The notes below the pieces were generated by a model. The model was not told the origin of the DNA and ran no database searches. It saw only the letters and a program-made list of their open reading frames with translations. The translations under genes and the position numbers were made by a program. 64,000 nucleotides of DNA from Rhynchobatus australiae (lineage: Eukaryota): the NCBI GenBank assembly GCA_034780895.1, contig JAUZTB010000118.1, positions 77,708,557-77,772,556 of the forward strand, in the 5' to 3' direction. Shown here one piece after another: positions 25,630-38,258 of the stretch (position 1 is the first letter of the stretch; the number at the start of each line of letters is the position of its first letter).

Positions 25630-26105
25630 AGTGCATGGTTTAAACTGGAAGAACAAAATCTCATATTCTGCTTGGGTAGCTTATAGTCCAGGGGTATGAA
25701 CACTGAATTTTCCAGTTTCAGGTAATCCACACTCCCGATGCTCTCCTCCCAAACACCTACAATCAACCATCCACTGAGTTTTCTTCTCCCTTTGTTCCCT
25801 CTCCCTCTTCCTCCCCCAGCTGGGTTCCATCTGTCCATCACCTCTTGCCCATCTGGTTCCACCCACCATCTGCCTATCCTCTCCTCCCCATCTGGCTCCA
25901 CCCTTCATCTAACAGCCCCTGTCCCATCCTTCCCTCGAACTGTTATGTACTGGCAATCCTTCCTCTTCCCTCTCTGTCCTGGTGCAGGGTCTTGATCTGA
26001 AATGTCACCATACACATTTTGCCTCCACAGACGCTGCTTGACCCACTGAGTTCTTCCAGCACTCTGTTTTTTGTTCCAGATGCCAGCATCTACAGTCTAT
26101 TTTTT
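25630..26105 (+). mobile_element. Penelope-like element 3' end: GIY-YIG endonuclease C-terminus, pyrimidine-rich UTR, terminal repeat with hammerhead remnant (~25975-26010)
   Basis: 25639-25725 translates FKLEEQNLIFCLGSL*SRGMNTEFSSFR* (PLE motif E..hI..L.tL.P.GhN). Downstream: gtcCTGGTGCagggtcttgatctGAAAtgTC. Confidence 0.85.
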
Positions 26106-26359
26106 CTGCATAACCCAGGTGCAATACTAGGTGGTGGATTTTTCCACTGCAGTAATGCAGAGTTTAATCTGGAGTCCCTGGAATCTCTGGAATGTTCATA
26201 AACTCACTAATGGCTTTCATAAATTGCCAGAGATACTGGTTCAACTTCAGCTTGTTTGCAGGTATGCATCCAGGTGACACACAAAGAAGTTGCGTAAGGT
26301 TGAGTGATGTGATTTAGAATAGTAGGCAAGACCTGTAGATTGAGTAACAGGACTCCTAG

Positions 26360-26680
26360 GCTACAAAGCATAAGGAGTAGGAGAAGAATAAGCTATTGTC
26401 AACTGCCCCCCATCCCATCCCATCTGCTATAAGCTTGCCCCGCCATGAAAGATGATTATTGATGATCATCTGATCAATTCCACTTTCCTGTCTGATCTTC
26501 AAAATCATGCATTCCCTACTGTCCAAAGATCTACTTCTGTTTTGAATAGATTCAGTGATGCAACATTCACTTTTCTCTGGGTCACTGAATTTCAGAAGTT
26601 CACAATGCTCTGACAGAAGAAATTCCTCTTTGCCTCTCATAAATGGGAGTCCTAGATCATGAAACAAAACTCCCGGTAGC
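26360..26680 (-). mobile_element. Decayed CR1 3' end
   Basis: ttcacaatgctctgacagaagaaattcctc is the reverse complement of the CR1 'RNFFxQRVVN' region; tail at ~26370. Confidence 0.65.
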
Positions 26681-27061
26681 AGAAAAGCTCGGAGATTCAA
26701 ATGGAAAGAAGGAGTCACTGTTGAATACGGCAGCAAGAGCAGTGGGTTTTGTGGTGAGAGTGAGAATGCTCTCAGGAATTCTGCAGCAAATAGGCAATGT
26801 GCCATTGCTATGGTGTGAATCTTTCTAGTTGGATGAAAGAGGAAGTGATATCAGCCCTCAGCTGAGAGATGTTACAGCAAGGAGGATAAAATGATCTCGG
26901 GACTAAACATTAGGGGAAAAAAGTATATTGTTATCTTGGAGACTTAAAACAAAATAAGAAAGTTCCTGGGGAAGAAATGTACAAGGATTTTCATAATTAG
27001 TGATTCTCAAAGTTTTTACTGATATTATGCATTATGTTCATTTTCATCTGTGACATTGCAC

Positions 27062-27542
27062 GTGGGTAGTCAAGACCAAGTATTGTTCTCAGGTCACAAA
27101 AGGCTAGCTGGAAGGGGCAAGAAGGGGGGTGAGGTTGGAGCAGTGGGGAAGTGAGACTGCAACAAGAAGGGACAAAGGAGAGGAAGGAGACACAGAAATG
27201 GAGGCTGGAACGGATGGTGAAATAGCTTAGAGGGGTGATAAGGGGAATGGGGTCAGGAAGGAAGGATAAAATGAAGGATGGAGTAATGAATTATCTCAGC
27301 AAAAGAGCAGTTGTTGGGAAAACAACCCTCTCTTGAGAGAGCATTGGAAAATTGCCTCACATTCGTCTTACGAGAGATATTCCCTTTGTCCTATCTTTCT
27401 CCATCTCTCCCCCACCCTCTCTGCAACTTGAAAACAATTTTTTCTCTCTTTTCTAGTCCTGACAGAGGGCTTGGACCTGAATCATTAACTCTTTTTCTCT
27501 TTCCACAAATGCTTCCTGACATGCTGAGTGATATTGTTTTCC
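27062..27542 (+). mobile_element. ~0.5 kb non-autonomous PLE-related element, copy 2, with hammerhead remnant at ~27455-27490
   Basis: Shares with 22463-23000, in the same order: gtgggtag..gagaccaa, ctcaggtca, agctggaaggg, tgaggttggag, gggacaaagg, gataaggggaatggg, agttgttgggaa, gaaaattrcctcac, agatatt, CTGACAGAgg. Confidence 0.7.
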
Positions 27543-27614
27543 AAACTGGTTCATTGGCAAATGAACCAGTGATGATCTTATGAATTTAATAATACACAGT
27601 GGAATTTGCAATAG

Positions 27615-27943
27615 AGTAGGCTCTCTAACCCAAGCCCAAGAGTACTTGACTATCTTTAGTCAACTATATACGTTGGAATTGGTTAAGTGTGAAAGAAATT
27701 GTAAGTCCTAGAACTCGGTTCCAATTGAGTCAGCTTGGCCTTTATAAATAAATGCACTAAGGTTCAGTACTTAGCTTATAGCCTGGCTATCCAATCCAAG
27801 CCCAAGTATTCAAGCCTAATGCTCATTGGGTTTGGGTCAGGAATCAAAGAAATCTTAATAACTCAGGCTCACGTAAGATTTGAATTGGCCATGATTGGTC
27901 AAGTTTGAGTTGGGTTTTAAGTTTATTTCTGTGCAGACCTTTT
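27615..27943. mobile_element. Possible ancient hAT-like non-autonomous DNA transposon remnant
   Basis: Opposed subterminal-like repeats (acccaagcccaa versus ttgggtttgggtc, ttgagttgggtt). A similar motif cluster lies at ~23270-23460. No clean TIR or TSD seen. Confidence 0.25.
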
Positions 27944-30099
27944 ATTTCCAATTCTATTCTTCCTGCACAATTGCGGTCTTTGAATGATTGAAGTAATGTG
28001 ACATGTACAGACATCCAAGAAGATCACCTAATGACCCATCAGTGGTGGTGATTAATGGTATGAGGTTGTTGTCAGAGGAGATACTGTGAAACCCACAAAT
28101 ATTTGACAACAGTAACCTGGTAGTGATGTGCTGATATATTAAAAAACTATTAAGTTGCATTTTACACCTTCTCTCAATGCCTTGCTATGTATAACTTGTG
28201 TTTGGTATAACTATTCTGTTGTAGGTAATAGCACACAATGGTTCTCAGCCATGCAAATCTTCCCTATTGATTTTTGAATCCTTCTGGAACATGTTCAAAG
28301 AACCTTTTGCCCAATTGCATGGCATTTCCATTTCAGCTACACTTTTTTTCCAAAGTTTCATGATTTGATGCTCAATTTTGCTCCATTTCTGACTTCTGTA
28401 GAAATACCTCGGATGTCACCGTGCCTGTTCAAACAAAATATTTGGGACAGCTTCATTTCTCAACCACATGATTTCTTGATGGGATAGTGCAACTCGCACC
28501 AAAAAAATTCAGTGTTAAATGTTTTAATTCCCTTTGTGGTTGTTGGATTGAAGCCCAATTAATGTGCCTGCATCGTCAGTGCAGTTGAGTTCTTTCAAAA
28601 TCAACCACAGAAAAGGCAATTGATTACTTAAACGTCATCCACTGCACATCAGTTTACATGGTATTAAAATTGCAAGATGAATTTCAAAACACTTTGGCTG
28701 AATTGTGAACAAGACAAATAAAACTACTGAAAAATAATATTGACTTTTTATCGATAGCAGTAATTTACAAAAGTTACTAGGCATATTCCTTTCTGGTTAA
28801 ACTACAACCTTTTTTTTATATCTTTTAGAAACATTTTACACTCTACTGCCTTGATGAGAATCAGTTGCAGTCCTCCTTCAGCTGTCAGCTGTCGTTCTTC
28901 AGAGAGGACCAGAGAGTGGGCAGGGCAGCACTCTGTGCTGATGGCATGACAGGTTGGGGAGGGGGAGAGGGAAGTGGGTGGGTGAGGTCTGCGGCCCTTC
29001 CTCCTTCAGCTGTGATCGTAGGGGTGCGGCCGCAATACCACCCCACTCCAGTCCTGACAGCAGGTCGCAACTGCCTGACGACTGCCCCTCACTGGCAGGG
29101 ATTGTTGACTCCCCAAAATCTCCACAGACTCTTCATCACTCCCACTATTTTCCAGCTTCCCGATGGCCACTGACCTCTTGAGCTGTGCCTGCATGTGCTA
29201 TTTCTTCCTTGTACTATCCCCTTGCTGCATTCCTTTTACCTCTCTGCTGTCTTTCTCTGTCTCTTTTGGACAGTGAGATTTACTGTTTGGGGGAGAGCAG
29301 GGCAGAATTCAGCACTAATGGCCCAGATAGTGTGGTCGAGGCTAAAACTGTGAAATCCACAATTTCTGCAAAATCATAATTTAGGTAGGCCCTTACATTG
29401 CATCAATGAAACAAGAGAAAAGACTTCTCATTACACTCTGACAGTGCACAGACACGCACATGCTTCCTTTGAGAATTGTATTGCATTATCAATCTCAATT
29501 CACATACCAACAGGGCTGTCAGTCAAGGTAAGTCTAACAATATTAAACAAACTGGGCAGGCACTTTAGCAAAATGACCCTTCTGGACGTGCTTGGAAGGT
29601 AAAGGATTGCTAATTGGGTGGAAGTGTGTGCAAACACAGAGACTAACAGTAAAATCTAGTTATTAGCCATGTAGTCTTCCAACACATCTGTTAATACTCT
29701 AGACTTTTAACCCAGTAGTTGCCTTTTTCAATTCTCTCCCATTTTTTTCTGAAGGTAGTAATTCATTCCCAATTTTGATGTCAGGATTGCCTGCTTCCAT
29801 TCGAGCATCTGATTATTATGCTCAATCCTGGATGAATAATGAATGGCTATTCAATAAGAAAAGATATCACATTCAGTCCTAATCTTCCCAAACGGAATCT
29901 GCTTGAACATTTCTTGCAGCATTCCAGCAGTGACAACTTGGCTTAAAGATTATTTTCCATTTATGGTTTATCAAATTAGAGGAGATCAATAGAGAACCAG
30001 GGTTATACTGCAGATTCNNNNNNNNNNNNNNNNNNGTGCCATTGAAGGCTTTGGACATGCCTTTGTCATGTTGGATGCGACCACTTCAGGATTGCCTAT

Positions 30100-30690
30100 G
30101 CTGCCTCACACCTCTTTTTCTTGATAACTCCAACATTCACAACTCTGCCCTCTGCCCCGTATATTCTGATCTTCTCACCCATCAGCCCTGTCGAGCTCGC
30201 TTTTGATCTCCTGACCACACCACTAAATTTATGATTCTACGTGTCATCCTTAATCCCTTTATGGACTCACTTCACTCTTCAGTGTTCATTGTTTACCAAT
30301 ACTGTGCATCACTAAACATTTGCCTTACTTATGGGACACCTCTCCCTTCATCCCACATGAGGNNNNNNNNNNNNNNNNNNNNNNNNNNNNNNNNNNNNNN
30401 NNNNNNNNNNNNNNNNNNNNNNNNNNNNNNNNNNNNNNNNNNNNNNNNNNNNNNNNNNNNNNCATCCCACATGAGGTGGCTGTGTCTTCTGTCATCTGGC
30501 TCCTATTTCTTGGAATTTTCCTCCCTACTGACTGAACATGTGTTTTTTTTTAATGCAGGCTCAAAATTCATCCCTGCAGCCAGCTTTCAACTACTTCACA
30601 TAAAATTGCTTTCCTGCCTTATTGACTCTCCTTGATGTGAAGCACCTTGCAATGTTGGTTTTAGATTTTAAAGGTGTTGCACATATTACA
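30100..30690 (+). mobile_element. Decayed L2 3' region spanning a gap
   Basis: cttctgtcatctggctcctatttcttggaattttcctccct resembles the L2 'AFS..AP.LWNSLP' region; tail tgtgaagcaccttg...aaaggtgt. Confidence 0.45.
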
Positions 30691-30694
30691 TCTT

Positions 30695-31130
30695 TGTAGG
30701 CGGTCACTAGGGGTTGATGGTGACTTGCCTCAATTCACTAACCTTTTTGATACCTTGGCTGATGAGACCAATGTGGGATCTTTAAACTCTGCCACAGTTG
30801 GGGGCAGGAGCTGTTTGATGGGTGTGGATGGTGCTCTCCTCCTGCCATTTTCATTGGGCATCCATGTGCTCCCGATGCTTGGGCGTGAAGTTCTTGGTGC
30901 CATCCTAGACCTCTTTCCCCAGTTTGGTCGGTCATGGGCCAGGGATTCCCACAGGCTGGTTGAGGATGTTACATTTTCTCAAGGAGGCTTTGAACATTGT
31001 AGTAGTAGTGTTTTCTCTGTCTAGCTAGTAATTTGTTCCCATGGCGATACTTGGGGTAGAGAGCCTGTTTCAATGGTCTGGCATCAGGCACAAATCACAC
31101 AAATTAAAGTTACTGTCCGCTGGCATCCAT
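30695..31130 (-). mobile_element. RTE-clade (BovB-like) LINE 3' remnant
   Basis: Minus strand gives LYPKYRHGNKLLARQRK...FKASLRKCNI...WESLAHDRPNW, followed by a decayed C-terminal zinc-finger region (cccccaactgtggcagagtt...cacattggtctcatcagcca). Confidence 0.8.
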
Positions 31131-32385
31131 AGCCCCTTCAAGCCTTTTGTATTTTGGGATAAACACTTGCATTGTTAACAGAGATCAAATCACTTTCCCT
31201 TTCCTTCAATATATGGAGAGTTTTATGGGCTGGTTTGTGGCATGATCATTTCTCTGCAGGGAGTTGCAGGTTTCCCACAGTAATTGATATTGGAACAACT
31301 GCAATTAATCAAATTGCAGAGCGGCAAGATGATGGCCAAGGTAAAACTCAGGAATCTAATATCTTGAGTGTTTCCTAATAATTAATTTTTTTTTGCAGTA
31401 GAAAGGAAAATTATTTCTACTTTGAGTTATTCACTTTAATGAAATGTAAATTATACTCTGTGAATCTTAACCTCATTCATACAGAAGCTCTAACTTATGC
31501 CAGGCACAGTCTATATTTTACTTGAAAGTCAAATGAAAAATGGACACTTTTCTCCCTCCCTTTGCATTAGCTTCTCTGGAAAGTATACATTAGACTAATG
31601 GTAATACATGACACTGAATGGAAGCATTTTCATTTCACTGTATATTGTTGGATGAAAGTTATTATCTGATTTTACACTCCTTGTTGGAGTCTTGCCCAGT
31701 AGGAACACAAATTGGAAATCTGGGCATGTGTGGAGAATTCATTTCCGATCAAATGTAGCAGTGCACAAATTTTCAATATATCTTCCTGTCAAGCAAGGAT
31801 GCTGGGAGTGCAAAATTGGAGGATTATTCCATGAGCTGTTATGTGAGGGTCCATCGAACATAAAGCAGAGAGCCTCCTTGGATATTGCTGGCTAGAATTG
31901 AACCCCATCCCATCTTATGGATGCATCCTTGACACTATCCAAAACCCCGGCAACAGGGTACAAAGTAGATTATTGGGAACTTGTGCAACAGGGTGGCTTA
32001 CTCTGAAGACTGAATATAAATGAAAAAATTAATATAAGTAATTATCTGACAATAGATTGGTCTTGAATCAATCACTATGGAGAACTTGGGCAGGGTCAGT
32101 ACAATTTCATTCTCTGTTGACCTGGTCCCTGCTCATGTGAAAAGTGGCAGCTTTTCACTAAGACCAAGTTCCAGCATAAGTTGCTGGGTGCAGTAAAGCA
32201 GAGCAGAGAACAGAGAGAACACTGATGAGGAAGGCATTATGGTTGCATTATTTTAGCAGCTGACATTGATATGTCACTTTGAAGTNNNNNNNNNNNNNNN
32301 NNNNNNNNNNNNNNNNNNNNNNNNNNNNNNNNNNNNNNNNNNNNNNNNNNNNNNNNNNNNNNNNNNNNNNNNNNNNNNNNNNNNN

Positions 32386-32700
32386 CCAACAAAAGGTGAG
32401 TAATCAACAAAATGGTGCTGATCTATGGAGGGAATCATTGGGAAAACAGAAAAAAAGATTGCTCAAGAATTTATTTTTAAGGATAATTTGAAAACTGGAA
32501 GGTAGAGAGGTTTAAGGGGGGAATTCCAGTTTCAAGTCCTATTGGAGGCCAGTGAAAAGAAGCATATACAGGAAGCCGGAGGTGAAGAAACTGCATGTGA
32601 TTAAAGGCCTGAAGGAGATTATATGGAATATTAGTGGGCTACAAATATAAAATGAAAATTTTAAAACCAAGGCGTTGATGGATCTATGAAGATCAGTCCG
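32386..32700 (-). mobile_element. Decayed L2 fragment
   Basis: gagaggtttaaggggggaattccag...aatgaaaattttaaaaccaaggcgttg is the reverse complement of the L2 'QRLxFKI' to 'WNSLP' region. Confidence 0.5.
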
Positions 32701-33364
32701 TATGGAAATGGCGTTGAAATGGAATCCAACATATGGTCGGAAAACCTATATCCTAACATCCCACAACTTGCATTTACAGTCCTCTTTGCTTGCAATATAA
32801 CAGCACTTCATTCAATTGACATAACATAATGGGCACCACAATTGTCCCATTATTAACCTGCCAGGAGGCAGAACAGCTTCCAACCCAAGTAATGAAATAA
32901 ATTTGATAAAATTCACCTGAACACATTTGTGAATGTCACACAGGAATGGGCTTCCTCATTGAGAGATGATAGACTCTGTGCTGTGACTGATAGAATCCAA
33001 ATTCATTCAGTTTCTGTGATAGAAATAGGACAAGTAGTTGGTCTGCATTATTTGCTGTATCCAGAGCTTGTACACATGTGTTGCTCAGCTTTGTACTTCA
33101 CTGTGGTTTTACAAACACACGTATTCTTTATCTGCAGCTCTAATTTGCAACTCCTGGAACTACTAACCAATTTAACAGCCTCTATCTTGCCCATATTGTT
33201 GGAAGAGGTTTGTGATTCTTTCAGGCAACAGGAAACTTTATTTACAAATATGGAAAAGTTTACCCATTTTGTAGAGCTGTGAAAGTTAAGTACTAGGAAA
33301 TATCTAATGTTGTTTATTATTGTGGTGATAAATTGTAAATGCAATGCCTCAACTGAAAACCAAA

Positions 33365-33745
33365 GGGTATGATAGTGTGACGTTTAAGTTACCAAGCTAA
33401 CAGCTTGAGTCCTGGACAATTCATCCAGAGACAGGAGATTAAATCCCACCATGGCAACTAGGGAATTCAAGTAATTAAATAAATCTGGAATTTAAAAAAA
33501 GAAATGCTTGCCTCCTTTACAGTGTCTACGATGTTGCTGGATTGCTCTGAAAACCCTTTTGGTTCATTGATGTCCTTTAGGGAAGGAAATCTGTCATCCT
33601 TGCACAGTTTGGACTACAGATGACTCTCAACTAATCAAAGTGGTTGACTGCTAACTGCCTTCTCAGTTTGGAGGCAATTAGGGATGAACAATAAATGCTG
33701 CCATTGCCAGTGACAACCACATCCTCTGACTGAATAAATAAAAGA
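33365..33745 (+). mobile_element. Near full-length tRNA-headed SINE
   Basis: aaatcccaccatggcaac...taaatctggaattt...ggttcattgatgtcctttagggaaggaaatctgtcatcct...ggcaattagggatgaacaataaatgctg. Collinear with 10655-11030. Confidence 0.8.
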
Positions 33746-34194
33746 ATTATTCTATTATGAACAGGTAAACATTAGTCAATTCTGATGTATCAAAATGCCT
33801 ACAGCCATGGGAGTCAATTTTTATTTGAACAATAATAGATTGAACAGTGATTTAGGATGTGGTTATTGAATATAAAAATTCCAGAATTTCCAATGATTAA
33901 TAGGGTGGGATAAACTTCATGATAGAATGGCTTAAAATTATTTCAGGTATCCAAATAACAGTCAAGATCTCCAATTTTGTTAATATACATCTGTGGCAGA
34001 ATAAGACCTTTGCCTTTCTCAGAAATGTATTCATGATTGTGGCATTTCCTGAAATTTCCTGAAAAATGAAATTTGCATTTCATCTGAAGAATTCAAACAA
34101 AGCTGCAGAATAAAATAGTGCCGGCTGTAAAACTTTTTCTTCTGAAAAATGGCTTTTTACATGATGTAATCATTCTTTTTGGTTGCATGGATGC

Positions 34195-34400
34195 AGTACT
34201 GTAGGGGATATGTTACTGAACAGGTCATCCAGAGGCTGGACTAATAATCAGGAAAATACCAAATCTCAACATGGAAGCTTGAGGATTTGAATTCAGTTTA
34301 AGAGGAACCTGGAAGTAAAAAATTGTCTTTAATAGAAGTTGTCACAGAGTTGGTGAATTATTATAGAAATTGTGAATGATTTATTTATGTCTTTACTTGG
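34195..34400 (+). mobile_element. Decayed 5' part of the same SINE family
   Basis: atccagaggctggactaataatc...aaatctcaacatgg...atttgaattcagt. Confidence 0.45.
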
Positions 34401-34734
34401 CTTGGCATAAAAATGAAGCACAAGTTGCTTCAAACTACTGCAAGATGTATTGCAGTGGTTTCAGAACCTAGCCCATCATCACCTTTTCAGCACAGCTCAG
34501 TGTAACTCAGCAGCACCCCAGATAAATAACGACCTATGGAGCCAACAAGTTTTCCTTCCTATTGCCATAGAGGTGACTCAGTTGTTGAGAGGTAAGTCTC
34601 GGGATGTATTTCGTTCATTTGCACATACTTTTAACATATCTGGATTGGCAAACCTCTAAGTTGGCTGTAAAATATTCAAACTAGTGCAATGCATTGATAC
34701 AGTAACTTTACAAAACACTAGTTCCACCACAATG

Positions 34735-35035
34735 AGAGCATTGTGTCTCGTTCTGGGTGTTACACTTTAGGAAAGATGTGAAGGCTTCAGAGGGATTGCA
34801 GAAGAGATTCACTAAAGTGGTTCCAGGGATGTGGATAGATGGAGAAGCTGACTTGTTTTATTTGGAATAAAGGAGGCTGTGATGGGATCAGGTGAAGGTA
34901 TTTAAAACCATGAAGGGTATGGACAAGAGTAGACAGAGGAAGGCTCTGTCAAACGTGTTGGGCTTCTTGAGGAGAAGTGATAAGATTTAGCAATCAGGGT
35001 CCAGTCAACTGAAGTCTTAATGGTGAGGCAAGAAG
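34735..35035 (+). mobile_element. CR1 ORF2 fragment
   Basis: gagcattgtgtctcgttctgg...tttaggaaagatgtgaaggcttcagagggattgcagaagagattcact corresponds to EYCVQFW..FRKDV.ALE.VQKRFT. Confidence 0.75.
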
Positions 35036-35059
35036 TCAGAGAAATGTGGGCTTCGTGAA

Positions 35060-35250
35060 GGGCTTGTAATTAGAAATGGATGTTTCACAGAAGAGAGGTG
35101 AGGCCAAATCAAGAGGTATACAGATCAAAATTTGCATTTTTAAATGAAGCCAGTGGGGTTCCAGGAGGCAGTGTAGATGCTGGAGCACAGAGGTAATGGG
35201 TGAACAGACTTGGTCTAGGTATGATGTAGCAGCTGTGTTTTGGATGAACA
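35060..35250 (-). mobile_element. L2 ORF2 fragment
   Basis: ORF-track peptide IQNTAA...SPITSVLQHLHCL...HLKMQIL matches the L2 motif 'IQNSAAR...ITPVL..LHWLP...FKIL'. Confidence 0.75.
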
Positions 35251-37329
35251 TTTATCTCTTCACCTGCAAAGTCTTCCAGTTGCAGTGCTTTGTAGCAGCC
35301 ATCAAGGCTTGCCACAGGCTGGTTCCATACTCTTAGGGCTCCACTTGTGACTAAAAATCTCACTGGGATGCCATCAAAATTATGTAGATGGTGCTCAGTC
35401 TTGAAGATCCCCTGATTAATCCCCACCAAAATTAATTACAGCATTGTGCTCTCTCCAGATATAATCCATTTTTGAAGGACTAAAATCTCTCATATCATTA
35501 GATTTTTTTTCACAACTCTTGTGGACAAAGTTCACAGGCTCAAGGGAAGAGAAAAGGCCATTCATCCCCCTTGAGGCCACTCTTCAATCATTTCGATCAT
35601 GGTTGATCAGCATCTCCACTTCATTTACCAATTTTTCTGCAATATCTCTTGGTATGTCATACCTACCAATAGTAAATCTCCATTTTGAAAAATTCATTCG
35701 GCTCAGCATGCACACATTCTACTAAACTCCTACAATTTGGCTGTGCATGTTCTCTAATACTCTTTAACAGTACTAAATGTGCTGGTCTGTATAAAACTGT
35801 AATTCAGTCTGGGAGTTAGATGTTGTTGATATTAGCAAATACTTTGAGCTATGCTATGGTATTTTATGACATTATCAGCAGAGGGCTATCGAATTACTAN
35901 NNNNNNNNNNNNNNNNNNNNNNNNNNNNNNNNNNNNNNNNNNNNNNNNNNNNNNNNNNNNNNNNNNNNNNNNNNNNNNNNNNNNNNNNNNNNNNNNNNNT
36001 TGTAGCTTACTGGTGGCCAATCAGTTTACATACACTTACAAACACTTATTATATATGTTTTATTATTTCCTGTGGAAGTAAGATGACATGGAGATTAATA
36101 CCTACCTTAGAGAGTTTTTAAAGACTGTTACAGAAGGAATTTAGATGACATCAGGCTCTTGGGGTTTATAAAATCATCTAAGCTAGTGATCATGTTACGA
36201 CCTTATGATCCTAGGCAGCTTTTCTTATTTCTAATATATAACTTATTTTCCACTTAACATTTAAATATGTATTTGACCTTCTCAATAGGAATGGCTCACA
36301 TGGGGTCTAATCGAACAGTGAGGGTGAACTATGTAAACACAGAGCAAATGATTTTTTTATGAATATAATATATATGGACATTTAAAAACAAAGGGCAATG
36401 CTGTCAGCAAACATCTGTTCTGACTAATCCTTGTAAGGTGTGAATAGCATGGTTACAATTAACCCTGGGTTAGGAAGGGGAAAATTGCCGATATTTCCTT
36501 CTCTGATTATCCTCAGGTGTGATCTGCTGGTAAAGAGAAGTTGTGTAAACATTGTGGAAGGCTAGGATTAAGGACAGGGTGGACAAGAAGGACAAGGACA
36601 TTCCTCTTTGGTGGAATATTCTCGCATAAAAGTATTGTTCACCTGAACAGGGGCAGGAGGATAATGGGGTCCCAATGAATTGTACCTCAAGAACCTGGCC
36701 AAAGAGTTCAGGCAAAAGAAATTAAAATGGGATTGTTTGAGAAGCCGAGAAAGACTTGGAAGAATTCACAAGGACTTTAAATATTAATGCAACTAGAAGT
36801 GTATAAGAACACCAAATTATGTAGTATAGCTGTTTGGAAAAAAATGTCGAATGTGGGAATTGTGATGAATTTCTTTAGAAATATTAAATCTTGGCCATCT
36901 GCTTTAATCATGACTCTGGTTAAATTGAGCAGCCTTGTTGAGCTCATGCCTACTTTATGCAGGAATATAAAACAAAATTGTCCCTTAAAAATATGACGTT
37001 GGTCATTTATTTAATGAGTGAATGGACAGTTAACTTTGATGCAGAGACAAATTGAAAATAAGATGCGTACAATACAAATATGTGTATTAAAGAGACAACA
37101 CTGAGATCTGGGCTCCATATAGAAATAGAAAGAAGGAGCATACATTTGTTTGTGTGTTTCACAACTCCAAGCTTCACAACAATCAATAACTATTTTTATG
37201 GACATTTTGACATAAACTGCCTTACTGTGACTGTTTTATGAATCAAACTTTCAGGGACCAACAGGATGGCACATTTTTCAGGTGTCCTTGATATCTGTCT
37301 AAAACAAATGTAAGGCCCCTAACTTGCCT

Positions 37330-37730
37330 GCTTTGGGTTGAATGGTAGCAGTCTTGAATCTGAGTCAGAAGGTTGAAGTCCATCGCTGAGACTTGGACAC
37401 AGAGACCTTGGCTGATACATATGGGCAATACTGAGGGATGTTACATTGTTGGCAGTGCTCTGTTTTGAATCAGACTTCACCTACACTCTCAAATGGATAG
37501 GAAAATGGTTGGGAAGCTTGAAGAAGAACAGAATCCTGGCCAATATTTCTCCCTCAGCTAGCAATGATAAGAAGTTATCTAATGGTTAGGTCAGTTCTGA
37601 TTACGAGATCTTGCTGTGGGAAAAACGGCTACCATGATTTCTACACCAGAGCAACAATTGAATTTCAGGTTATTTAATTGACCATAAATCATTTTGAAAC
37701 ATTCTGAAGCATGAAAAGGCTCCATATTAT
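37330..37730 (+). mobile_element. Near full-length DeuSINE (SacSINE1-like)
   Basis: Head tggtagcagtcttgaatctgagtcagaaggttgaagtcc; Deu domain gaagaagaacagaatcctggccaatatttctccctca...gatcttgctgtg. Confidence 0.75.
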
Positions 37731-38134
37731 TATTATTCTTAATTAAGGGAGGCACCCAAGGTTATTATTCTGTTTTAACTTGATTATATGATCCTGTGGA
37801 GTGAATAGAATAGGAGTGATGCTCTTTTCTTAGGGCTCATGATACACTTATATCCTCCCACCCTGCTAATAGTTGCCTTGATCAGGAAATCTCCTACACT
37901 TTGTGTAGGCTAACCCAGGAATAGTTGCTTCATTGAGGCAGGGAAGAGCCAGCGATCAGATAGATGCCTTCCTTTTGAAAAGAGGAATACTGGAGAAAAT
38001 TTGGGGGTAAATTGGGACTGAAACCAGTGTTGGGGAGAGTTAATTATATTGATACAATTTGTGGAGGCCTGTATCTAGTTCTGAACAAACTGTCATATAA
38101 CTAGACATGACACATTTGGAAAATAGGTGAGTAG

Positions 38135-38258
38135 AATAAAACAGAAAATGCTGGAAATACTTAACAGGTTAGGTTTTGAAGAGAGAAACAGAGTTACCAT
38201 TTCCAGTCAGTGATTTGTCTGAAATGTTAACTCCTTTTTCTTGTTCTGTGGATGACTA
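38135..38258. mobile_element. Fold-back PLE terminal-repeat pair
   Basis: aaaacagaaaatgctggaaatac...gagagaaacagagttaccatttc is followed by its inverse tgaaatgttaactcctttttc. Confidence 0.6.

Noticed and set aside
25473-25901. 142-aa ORF with repeated EPDG motifs
   Set aside because: It is an antisense reading of the PLE pyrimidine-rich UTR fused to the CR1 C-terminus, not a gene.
29049-29085. cagtc-CTGACAG...gactg, a hammerhead-like hairpin
   Set aside because: It has stem I-like ends but no GAAA or UH, and no PLE tail context.
32929-33344. Overlapping 117-aa (+) and 98-aa (-) ORFs
   Set aside because: No recognisable protein family and no convincing exon boundaries.
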